Positions 37,678 to 45,817 of a stretch of DNA of 64,000 nucleotides are shown here, one piece after another. Location of the stretch: NCBI GenBank assembly GCA_038064575.1, contig JBBTST010000003.1, positions 6,751 through 70,750 of the forward strand. The letters are read 5' to 3'. The notes under the pieces are model-generated. The model was not told the origin of the DNA and did no database searches. It saw only the letters and a list, made by a program, of their open reading frames with translations. How positions within the stretch are numbered: position 1 is the first letter of the stretch; each line of letters opens with the position of its first letter. Position numbers and translations under genes: made by a program. The DNA is from Patescibacteria group bacterium. GTDB lineage: Bacteria > Patescibacteriota > WWE3 > UBA101185 > 2-01-FULL-41-18.

Positions 37678-39535
37678 AAAAGCTTGTCCATAATACTAAA
37701 GTTCCGGGGGAGCGTAAATTAAACACTGACTTAAACTTGTAACCGTCAAATGATTTTGAGGAATAATTACTTGAAGAGAGTACAACGCTTGTTGTGAAAC
37801 CTGTTCCATCATCCTTCATGGAAATGTTGTTGACCTTGCCAACAGTCTTTATCCCAAGGTCTGAAAGCTTATCTTTAACCCTATCAAAGGACCAGCCTCC
37901 TTTGGAAGGGGCAGAAAGATACTTGTTGTAAGAGGAGTTGTTTTCAGATAGTAGATACGCATTAAAGATATCAGCAACTTCACTCTCAGTCATCCAGGCA
38001 CTTCCTGAAGTTTTATTTGTTCCCCAGGCTTTGTGAAACCAGGGAGATTTACCATAATTAGGCCCATCATATGCACAATCAAACAAATCCCCCGAACATT
38101 TTGCATCTCTGATCCCCTTTGTCCAAGGCCTGTCGGAGCCCCATACCTGCCCTGAGGTTCTTGTGTACCCGCCTGATGTTGAGGCGTACCACGCTGTTAT
38201 AGGCATACCATTCCATTTCGCAACCACCCCACAGGTATCTTCAACGGCCTTTTTCCAATTTCCTGTTTTCTTACGATTGTTATAAACTTGGCACGATTGC
38301 GTAGTACAAATGGAAACGGGCTTTGAGCGCTTTTTTAAGCTGCCTTTTTCCCAATAATATTGGGTGTAGTTAAGGGCGTAGGTACGGGCTAAAACCACCT
38401 GTGCCTTGAGAGCTTCCTGACCGCCGTTTGAGCCCCAAGATTCGGGCATTTCCGCAATACCCATAAGATAAGTATTCTCCAAATTAAGGCTTCCATAACC
38501 TGTGACAGAAATGGTTTTTCCTTTATCACAAGAGCCGCTAATATCCACATCTTTAAAATAAGCTTTAATAATATCTTTGTAATTTTGGCCGGCCTTTGAT
38601 CTGCCGTACATGCCATATTGATTTGCCCCCACTCTGTGGGGATACCCATAAGTAAAAAATGCAAATGCGGGTTTGAACGATGGGTTGGGAAGAGTAGAGG
38701 AGGATTGTTCGCTATCTCCTATAGTTGTGGATTCAGTTGTTGCACCAAACTTTTCCCTCAATAGCTCCTGCTGCCTTGCTGACAGATCTGAAAGGGAAGA
38801 ATTAACTTTTTTTATCTCATCAGCAAGATCATCAATATCTTCAACCGTTTCTTCTTTTTGATTTGCTAAATTTTGCTTCAGTAAAACAAGCTTGGCTCTT
38901 TGGCTGTCAAAAGAGTTTTTGAGATCCTCTGCTGCTTTTTTATCTTTTTCATACTGAAAAATGTCTTTGTTTAAAAGCTCAATTGTTGTGAGAGTGTTTT
39001 TATTAAGAGTTTTTTGGGCAACATATGACTGGCTTGCAAACCTAAAGCCTGCCTCATCAGTTTGTGAATTGGAGGCGGTTGGAGAGGGCAGAAGGGAAAT
39101 AAGCAGGGAAAACTCCATATCCCTAAGAGAATTACTTTTGTAATAATTTCTTAAAATTTTATTTCTTAAAATTATTTTTGAATCCAGCGTACGCCTGGTT
39201 TCATCAAGGCTCACATTTATATCTTTAAGTTTTTCCTCCATAGCAATAATATCTGCCAAAACTTCTTTAATGTCCGATTCTGTGGCAGAAAGGTCTGTTG
39301 TTAGCTTATTAAGCTTTGCTTCCAGAGAAGATTTGTCTGAAGTAAGGTCATCAAGCTTTTTTGAGAGCTTGTCTTTCTTTTTTTCTATATCGGAAAGCTC
39401 ATCTGCCCTTGCAGGAGGCAGTACTGAAGAAACAAAAATAAGAAAAAAATAAAGTATTGCCGCTAAAAAGGAAGCAAAAATTAGTGCAAAAAAAGTGTTG
39501 GTTTTATGTTTAACTAAGAGTCCTAAATAAGGCAT
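37655..39535 (-). CDS. SpoIID/LytB-domain protein with N-terminal TM and coiled-coil
   Basis: C-terminal segment EALKAQVVLARTYALNY matches the SpoIID/LytB signature. N-terminal 250 aa are coiled-coil. Confidence 0.6.
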   Translation of the reverse strand: MPYLGLLVKHKTNTFFALIFASFLAAILYFFLIFVSSVLPPARADELSDIEKKKDKLSKKLDDLTSDKSSLEAKLNKLTTDLSATESDIKEVLADIIAMEEKLKDINVSLDETRRTLDSKIILRNKILRNYYKSNSLRDMEFSLLISLLPSPTASNSQTDEAGFRFASQSYVAQKTLNKNTLTTIELLNKDIFQYEKDKKAAEDLKNSFDSQRAKLVLLKQNLANQKEETVEDIDDLADEIKKVNSSLSDLSARQQELLREKFGATTESTTIGDSEQSSSTLPNPSFKPAFAFFTYGYPHRVGANQYGMYGRSKAGQNYKDIIKAYFKDVDISGSCDKGKTISVTGYGSLNLENTYLMGIAEMPESWGSNGGQEALKAQVVLARTYALNYTQYYWEKGSLKKRSKPVSICTTQSCQVYNNRKKTGNWKKAVEDTCGVVAKWNGMPITAWYASTSGGYTRTSGQVWGSDRPWTKGIRDAKCSGDLFDCAYDGPNYGKSPWFHKAWGTNKTSGSAWMTESEVADIFNAYLLSENNSSYNKYLSAPSKGGWSFDRVKDKLSDLGIKTVGKVNNISMKDDGTGFTTSVVLSSSNYSSKSFDGYKFKSVFNLRSPGTLVLWTSFYDIFIKK

Positions 39536-39633
39536 TAGAGTAGATTATACCATTGACTGCTTGACAGGCTTTTCTATTAATAAGATACTTTAACAGTAGT
39601 AATTCTTTCTGTTTAACTAAAAAGGAGGTGCAC

Positions 39634-39954
39634 ATGGCTTACGCTATTAATATTACGTCTAATAACCCGCTTTCCAACACGGGGATTAAAAGCTTGGCAG
39701 ATCTTTTTAATCTTATTATCAATATTGTAATGGGTATCGGCGTGGCGTTAACCGTCATCTTCTTGATACTTGGGGGTATCAAATATATTACAAGCCAGGG
39801 GGATCAAAAGAACACACAGCAAGCAAGGGAATGGTTAACTAACGCTGTCATTGGATTTATTGTTGTATTAGGAGCATTTGTTATAAGACAGGTTGTAGCA
39901 GGAGTACTCCAGGCAAATGTAAATGTTGCCGAGCAGTCTTTGCAACAAGAGTAG
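39634..39954 (+). CDS. VirB2/TrbC-like T4SS pilin-family protein (two TM hairpin)
   Basis: Two hydrophobic helices separated by the loop ITSQGDQKNTQQAREWLTNAV, which is shared with three paralogs. AGGAGG RBS 5 nt upstream. ATG 39634 chosen over the track GTG. Confidence 0.5.
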   Translation: MAYAINITSNNPLSNTGIKSLADLFNLIINIVMGIGVALTVIFLILGGIKYITSQGDQKNTQQAREWLTNAVIGFIVVLGAFVIRQVVAGVLQANVNVAEQSLQQE

Positions 39955-40059
39955 TTCTCCTAGATAAGAAATAATTAAGGCGCGGGTTAAACCCCGCGCT
40001 TTTTGGTTGGGGTTGGCGGTTGACGCACATACAATCTGCCATATATAGTTACTCCATAT

Positions 40060-40950
40060 ATGAGATATAAAATATCTGTTTTATCCTCACTTGCGTTCTT
40101 GACACTGACAATCATATTTATTGCACTTCCTTTGAGGGCATGGGCAGTTCATTGTTTAAATGCTTTGTCTTGCGACATAGAAGGAGATCTTATTACATGT
40201 GCAGACCCAACATCCGTTTGTCTCACAGATGCAACAAACCCTTGCGGAATTTGTGTTGAGTGTGTTGATAACACAACATGTGTATCCGGAACTTCATGTA
40301 ATCTCACAACTCACACCTGTGACTCTAATCCTTGTGTTGCAGATAATGAGATTTGTCTTACCGGAGATACTTGTTGTAGCAGCACGTTCTCTTGCCAAAC
40401 TGCACAAGTTGCCCCTCCAATAAAAAGGTGTATCAGTAATACCCCTCCCGTTTCCGATTGCTCAGGGGGGAACGTTGCCTGTGATTCTTCCGGTACGTGC
40501 AATAACTGCCTAAAACCTTGGGAATACACTTGTTCCAGTGCTAACAAATGCGTCAAAGAGAAAACATGGCGCTGTAATCCTAGTACTACTCCATGGAGTT
40601 GTGAAGAAGTTGATAGTAGCAGTTATTACGCCACGCAGGCTCTCTGTTCCGCAGCGTGTGTATATACACCGCCTGTAGGTCCCGGAGTGCTTGACCCCAG
40701 CGCCAACTTTCCTGAACCGGATAATCCACAGGGCTTGATATCTGCCATTATTATAATCTTAATGCCAATTGTTATAGTTCTTGGACTTCTAAGAGCTGCC
40801 CAGGGAGGTTTGATGATACTCACAAGTCAAGGTAACGAGCAGCAGCTAACAGAAGGGAAAGAGATAATAACCTCAGCCGTAGTAGGCATAATATTTGCGA
40901 TTACAGGGCTTGGTATCCTAAGGTTTGTTTTAAACACTTTTGCAAAGTAA
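40060..40950 (+). CDS. secreted cysteine-rich domain fused to C-terminal VirB2-like pilin module
   Basis: Signal peptide, then about 200 aa with roughly 36 Cys and many Thr/Ser. C-terminal 80 aa match the two-TM pilin pattern (LTSQGNEQQLTEGKEIITSAVVGI). Confidence 0.5.
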   Translation: MRYKISVLSSLAFLTLTIIFIALPLRAWAVHCLNALSCDIEGDLITCADPTSVCLTDATNPCGICVECVDNTTCVSGTSCNLTTHTCDSNPCVADNEICLTGDTCCSSTFSCQTAQVAPPIKRCISNTPPVSDCSGGNVACDSSGTCNNCLKPWEYTCSSANKCVKEKTWRCNPSTTPWSCEEVDSSSYYATQALCSAACVYTPPVGPGVLDPSANFPEPDNPQGLISAIIIILMPIVIVLGLLRAAQGGLMILTSQGNEQQLTEGKEIITSAVVGIIFAITGLGILRFVLNTFAK

Positions 40951-40998
40951 GACCCTTTATAGCCTAATGAAAACACATGTAGTATTATTCATAGCAGT

Positions 40999-41331
40999 AT
41001 GCCTTTTGATTTTGTAAATACTATTATTGATGATCCAAATGTAAATCCAACAGGAGGCGCTTTTTCAACTGTTAGTAGCTTTTTAAATCTAGCCCTTGGA
41101 GTTCTTATGGGAATCAGCATAGCCTTAGGAACTGTTGCCATAATACTTGCCGGCATTCAGTATATAATGAGTGAAGGGGATGCCAAGGCAATAGGCACTG
41201 CCAAACGCTATCTCACCACAGCAATTCTGGCAATAGTTGTAGCTCTGCTAGCGTTCACTTTCAAGCTGATTATATTAAACATTCTGGGATCTAGCAGTCC
41301 AGATCTTGAGAATAATGTGCCGGGATTTTAA
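40999..41331 (+). CDS. VirB2/TrbC-like pilin-family protein
   Basis: Two TM helices flanking the loop IMSEGDAKAIGTAKRYLTTAI. Paralog of 39634 and 41334. Confidence 0.5.
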   Translation: MPFDFVNTIIDDPNVNPTGGAFSTVSSFLNLALGVLMGISIALGTVAIILAGIQYIMSEGDAKAIGTAKRYLTTAILAIVVALLAFTFKLIILNILGSSSPDLENNVPGF

Positions 41332-41333
41332 AT

Positions 41334-41768
41334 ATGCAAATTTTTAGAAGTGGTGTCAAAAAATTAAGCCTAAACCTGTTTTTGCTCCTATTTCTTTTTT
41401 TGGTATCTCAAAGAAGTGCAAATGCGGCATGCGAAAACTTTGGAGAACCAACTAAAGATCAGCCGCTAGATCAATTAGTTAATTTAATGTGCCCTGTGTT
41501 AAAAGCTTTAGATATAATAATACTCTCATCGGGAGGCATATTTGTTGCCTTAATTTTAATAGCCTCCATTAAGCTAAGCCTTTCCCAAGGAGACGCCAAA
41601 GCAATAGATGGTGCAAAACAAACAATTACCTGGGCAACAATAGGTTTTGTTACGGTAATAGGTCTTTATGTGGGTCTTGGGATATTATTGGGATATTTTG
41701 GAGTAAGCCCCAATGCGCTCTCATTTAGCACAGCTATTCAGGGGGTAGTAACATGGTTAAATCAATAA
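41334..41768 (+). CDS. VirB2/TrbC-like pilin-family protein with signal peptide
   Basis: Signal peptide, then the two-TM hairpin with loop LSQGDAKAIDGAKQTITWAT. Confidence 0.5.
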   Translation: MQIFRSGVKKLSLNLFLLLFLFLVSQRSANAACENFGEPTKDQPLDQLVNLMCPVLKALDIIILSSGGIFVALILIASIKLSLSQGDAKAIDGAKQTITWATIGFVTVIGLYVGLGILLGYFGVSPNALSFSTAIQGVVTWLNQ

Positions 41769-44700
41769 CAAAAGTAGTCTTTGCAATACCAATAATTCTA
41801 GTCTTGACTTTTACTTCCGGTAAAAGCGCTTCTGCTGCGGTAGAAAAGTGGGGACCTAATCTCAAAGACTCTCCATCAATGATAGCTCCAGCAAGACAGG
41901 CATACTTGGGTTTGGGCGGGGATACAAATAACTGGGTTCCTTTTGAGATTATGATGTCCGCAGCAGGAATACCGGGAGATGTGGCGGGCACAAAACAGGC
42001 TATGCAGGAAATGTTGGACATTGCAAGAACCAATAAAATGATGCCTGTAGTCAGACTCACAACCAGACTCTGTTCAGGCGGGGTAAGTGGCTGGGAAAAA
42101 TTAACATTGGATTATGCAAGATATACTGCCCAAGCATTTAATTCTGTTGACGCTTCAGGATTTCCAGACACAATTCGCCTAGAGTGGGGAAACGAGGTAA
42201 ACCTTGGCAGGGAATGGGGAAACGAGATGCCAGACCCCGGCGAATATAGTAGCACCTACACATCATTCAAGGCACAACTTACAAACCCCAATATAAGCAC
42301 AATGCCTTCCTCAATAAATACATCCAACCCTGATGTCTTACCTCCTCAAGCTCCGGCAATGGATGCCATTAAATTTTATCAGGGTTTGTCAGGCACCACG
42401 GGTTCGGGACTTGCCTCACACCCTTATGAGACTGATGTGCCGGGTCCTGCTAGATACAGAATAACAGCTTGGGATTTTGATAATGACTATGCCAAAACAA
42501 CATCTCCTATAATTGTGAACGGTGGGGGTTTGTCACCTAATTTTGTGTATGGAGGCAGCAGGGTCAACTTTAATCAGCGCATTGACTACCTTAAAGCTTC
42601 TTTTCAAGGTAGTTCTTATTTGGGTGTACCCCCCTTAACCGGTGGTCCAGATGCAAAGTACCTCATGCCTGATCTTCAGGACGACCCAACGGCAGGTGGG
42701 GGAACCGATCAATTCCTTGTTATGGTGTATGGACCGGGGGGAACAACAACTCTTCCACTTGCAGGAGGAGGCTCCAGAGGAGGGGGTACATGCGAAGATA
42801 TTGAGGACACTAACACAGAGGTGCTTCCGGCGTGTACTCCAGAAGACCTTGAAATTGAGCCTGAAGAATTTACTCCAGCTACACTTAGGGGAACTGTAAC
42901 AAATTCTTATACAAACAATTTTGGAAAAAGAATAATTCCAAGTATGGCTACACCCCCACTAACAGGGGCTAAAATTGCTTGGGTAGAAACTTTTGCCAGA
43001 CCGGCCCCACCTCTTAAAAACCAATCCATCTGGGATGATCTTAACAAACCTGATGAGAATGAAGAAAAAAAGAAAAATGCTACATATAACTCAACAACCA
43101 TTCAAAATGTCAATGGCAAGTATCAATATGAACTTCAAATACCCAAAGACAAAACCTCCTACCTTATGGTTATCTGCGGAAACAAAGTGCTAGATGTATT
43201 TTCTGTTAACCCAAATGGAAACAGCAACGTTAAACTTGATTTAAGTTACGCTAAATTTATTGAGGGTTGCGGAGGAAGCAACGAGTGTTTAAGACTTAAA
43301 CCTGTAGGGGATGTGACAAAAGCGGGCTATTGTCCTTTTATATCAGGCACAGCTCCGGTAGCAGATGAGATGGTACCTGATAAAATAGTTCAAATCTCTC
43401 AGCAACTGGGAAAGTTTTCTCTAAGCTGCGTTAAAAACCTTTTGAGTTGTGTCAAAGTTGTCTGGGACACTACTTGGACTACACTAGGTGGTTTTGCAGG
43501 CTCACAAAAGCAAGATCAGGTCAAAGGTATAGCAAGAGATCATGCTTCTGACAAACAGGCTATAAGACAATCTTGGGGAGAAATTCCGTATGTAGATAAA
43601 GTAAGTTGTGAAGCTATAAAAGCCAACAATGAAAGGATGAGTCTAATTAGAAACATGCCTATAGGAGCAAATTTACTTGGCATGAGACCTGGTCTTTTGA
43701 CAGAAATTTGTATAAAAGCCAGAGAAAGGCAGGGGGCACTAATTGCTTGTCAAGGGACACCCCTATCAGGGATTTGCGCTCCGGGAGAGGTAGGTTGCAC
43801 AATGAAAGATTCAAAATACTTCCCGCTTTACATGTGCGCTTATGGCCTTGATGCCCCGGGGGTAATTTACAATGTGGCAGACTCCCCATTTGGAGCAATA
43901 AACTCCCCAGAGGGCGTTAGAGAACCAATAGTAGTTAATAACAACACGGGTAGCGTGAATCTGGAAAGCGATTACACTCCACACATCTGCGGTGGTCCGT
44001 ATCTGGACGAAGCTGATATAGGATGTTACGTAGGAGATCCCATCACAGAAAATAGAGACGATTGTCAAGGAGCCGCGTGCGACACACAGCCTACCGTTTA
44101 TGTTAGCGGACCAAACGGCGGAAACGCAGGCCCCGGCCCTGCCACATCCGTTGCAACCGTAGCAAGCATGTACACAAGACCCGGTGTGATTGGAGCAAAT
44201 GAGGCCGGAAAGATGATGAATATAGAGGATGCAGACCCAACACCTACCGCTGCACTTGATAGAACTATTTTTTCAGACAATCCTGTAAGAACATCCGCAT
44301 ATAGTGCTGTGATAAGGAGGTTAAAAATTCTGGGCAATGAGTGTCCATGTGATGGAGAACAGCTTAAGGTAAATAAGAAGTATGATGATGGTTTTGTTTG
44401 CACAAAGGGAGGATTAAGATTTAATATGATTATTGATTTTGGCGAGCTTATAGATGCTTTCTTAGCTAACTTATTGAAAGCTTTCAATGACTGTGCCCTG
44501 TTACCCACCCCAGAAGAAGTACAGGCTTGCCAAGATGCGGAGACAGAATATGAAGCATCGGCTGATTTGACTCCAACTTTTAAAGTGCCTTATGCGGCCC
44601 ATAAGGGAGCGCCTGCAGCAACAATTGCAGATGTAGTAAAAATGCCATATCACAAGCCTGTTCAAAAAATCGGTACTCTTGGTACGGTCAATACAGAGCT

Positions 44701-44848
44701 TGAAAGAAACAGAATCCCATGGACTGCCGCTTCCGGAGTTTCAGGGGAGGCTTTAAGAACCGGCGAGTTTGTGAGAAATATGTTTTGTATACCAAGAGAG
44801 GGAGTAAGTTGCGGGGTGGGAGGTCCGGGTATTGAAGAAACCCCCTAA
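41753..44848 (+). CDS. large secreted protein (1031 aa), possible N-terminal glycosidase-like domain
   Basis: Signal peptide (SASAA/VE). Translationally coupled to the upstream pilin gene by a 16-nt overlap. G/P/T-rich. LEWGNEVNLG resembles the GH-A NE(P) motif. Confidence 0.45.
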   Translation: MVKSITKVVFAIPIILVLTFTSGKSASAAVEKWGPNLKDSPSMIAPARQAYLGLGGDTNNWVPFEIMMSAAGIPGDVAGTKQAMQEMLDIARTNKMMPVVRLTTRLCSGGVSGWEKLTLDYARYTAQAFNSVDASGFPDTIRLEWGNEVNLGREWGNEMPDPGEYSSTYTSFKAQLTNPNISTMPSSINTSNPDVLPPQAPAMDAIKFYQGLSGTTGSGLASHPYETDVPGPARYRITAWDFDNDYAKTTSPIIVNGGGLSPNFVYGGSRVNFNQRIDYLKASFQGSSYLGVPPLTGGPDAKYLMPDLQDDPTAGGGTDQFLVMVYGPGGTTTLPLAGGGSRGGGTCEDIEDTNTEVLPACTPEDLEIEPEEFTPATLRGTVTNSYTNNFGKRIIPSMATPPLTGAKIAWVETFARPAPPLKNQSIWDDLNKPDENEEKKKNATYNSTTIQNVNGKYQYELQIPKDKTSYLMVICGNKVLDVFSVNPNGNSNVKLDLSYAKFIEGCGGSNECLRLKPVGDVTKAGYCPFISGTAPVADEMVPDKIVQISQQLGKFSLSCVKNLLSCVKVVWDTTWTTLGGFAGSQKQDQVKGIARDHASDKQAIRQSWGEIPYVDKVSCEAIKANNERMSLIRNMPIGANLLGMRPGLLTEICIKARERQGALIACQGTPLSGICAPGEVGCTMKDSKYFPLYMCAYGLDAPGVIYNVADSPFGAINSPEGVREPIVVNNNTGSVNLESDYTPHICGGPYLDEADIGCYVGDPITENRDDCQGAACDTQPTVYVSGPNGGNAGPGPATSVATVASMYTRPGVIGANEAGKMMNIEDADPTPTAALDRTIFSDNPVRTSAYSAVIRRLKILGNECPCDGEQLKVNKKYDDGFVCTKGGLRFNMIIDFGELIDAFLANLLKAFNDCALLPTPEEVQACQDAETEYEASADLTPTFKVPYAAHKGAPAATIADVVKMPYHKPVQKIGTLGTVNTELERNRIPWTAASGVSGEALRTGEFVRNMFCIPREGVSCGVGGPGIEETP

Positions 44849-44849
44849 G

Positions 44850-45800
44850 CTAATATTCTGAATAATAAATTTCTAAGACTTTGTTTCCAAAACCCTTGAT
44901 GCTAGCTTTTTTTGCAACATACGGAATAAGAACCCCATCTTTAGAATTCATAACATAAATCTTTGAAAAACCCGTCTCATCAAAGGCAACGTAACTTTTT
45001 GGAATACCTCCAAGATTAAAAAAAAGATCAAAGTAGTAAGGATCTAAAGGCGCGGAAGGTCTTAAGATATATGTTCCTTCTGAAAAAGCCCTGATGGTAT
45101 GAACAGAAATATAGGAAGGAAGAAAATTGGGGATAGTAACTATTGAAGCCCCACCTGATATTGGTGACCAAACTTGTATATTATTCATTCTGCTTATATT
45201 TGATACCGGATAACCCCCTAAAGAAATAAAGTATACAAACTCTTTGTGTGTTGGAGGAGAACAGTTCCCTTCAAATTCTTGCGCCACACAAATACCTTTT
45301 TCAGAAACTGGAATGGCTTGGAATTTCAAATTGTTTAGTATAGGCTCCTTTACCAATTTTGAATTCAAGAATGCTACATAACGAGTCACAAAAGCTGAGG
45401 GTGTGAGATTTGTGGTAAACCTACTCTCATAATCTCCACTGTTTTGTATTTCAACAATTCCTAAGTCTTTCTCAAGAAAAGGTAAAGAAGAAGACTCAAA
45501 AGTAAGAATGAAATTATCCTTGGAAAGCTTAGAAGCTTCCACTTCCCCAAGTACAAAAGTAAGCTCAGAACCTGTCTCATCAAAGCCGTCTATTCTGGTC
45601 CCTTTATATTTATCTATTGTAGCCTCAACAAAATTTTGCTGCTGAGTTAGTCTTTCCTGTGTGGGTTCATAGACTTCTTTGTATCGAGTCTGCTCTTGAT
45701 ACTGTGTAAAGAAAATGAAAGTTAGAACACAAAAGACCAATATGACACCAAGAATAATTAAAACCGTTTTATTTTTTAAAAATTGTGGCAACGCAGGCAT
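44850..45800 (-). CDS. bitopic membrane protein (316 aa), possible VirB8-like
   Basis: Single N-terminal TM and extracytoplasmic domain. Downstream of the M23 gene in the same operon. Confidence 0.35.
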   Translation of the reverse strand: MPALPQFLKNKTVLIILGVILVFCVLTFIFFTQYQEQTRYKEVYEPTQERLTQQQNFVEATIDKYKGTRIDGFDETGSELTFVLGEVEASKLSKDNFILTFESSSLPFLEKDLGIVEIQNSGDYESRFTTNLTPSAFVTRYVAFLNSKLVKEPILNNLKFQAIPVSEKGICVAQEFEGNCSPPTHKEFVYFISLGGYPVSNISRMNNIQVWSPISGGASIVTIPNFLPSYISVHTIRAFSEGTYILRPSAPLDPYYFDLFFNLGGIPKSYVAFDETGFSKIYVMNSKDGVLIPYVAKKASIKGFGNKVLEIYYSEY

Positions 45801-45817
45801 AAATTTCCTTCAGTCTA

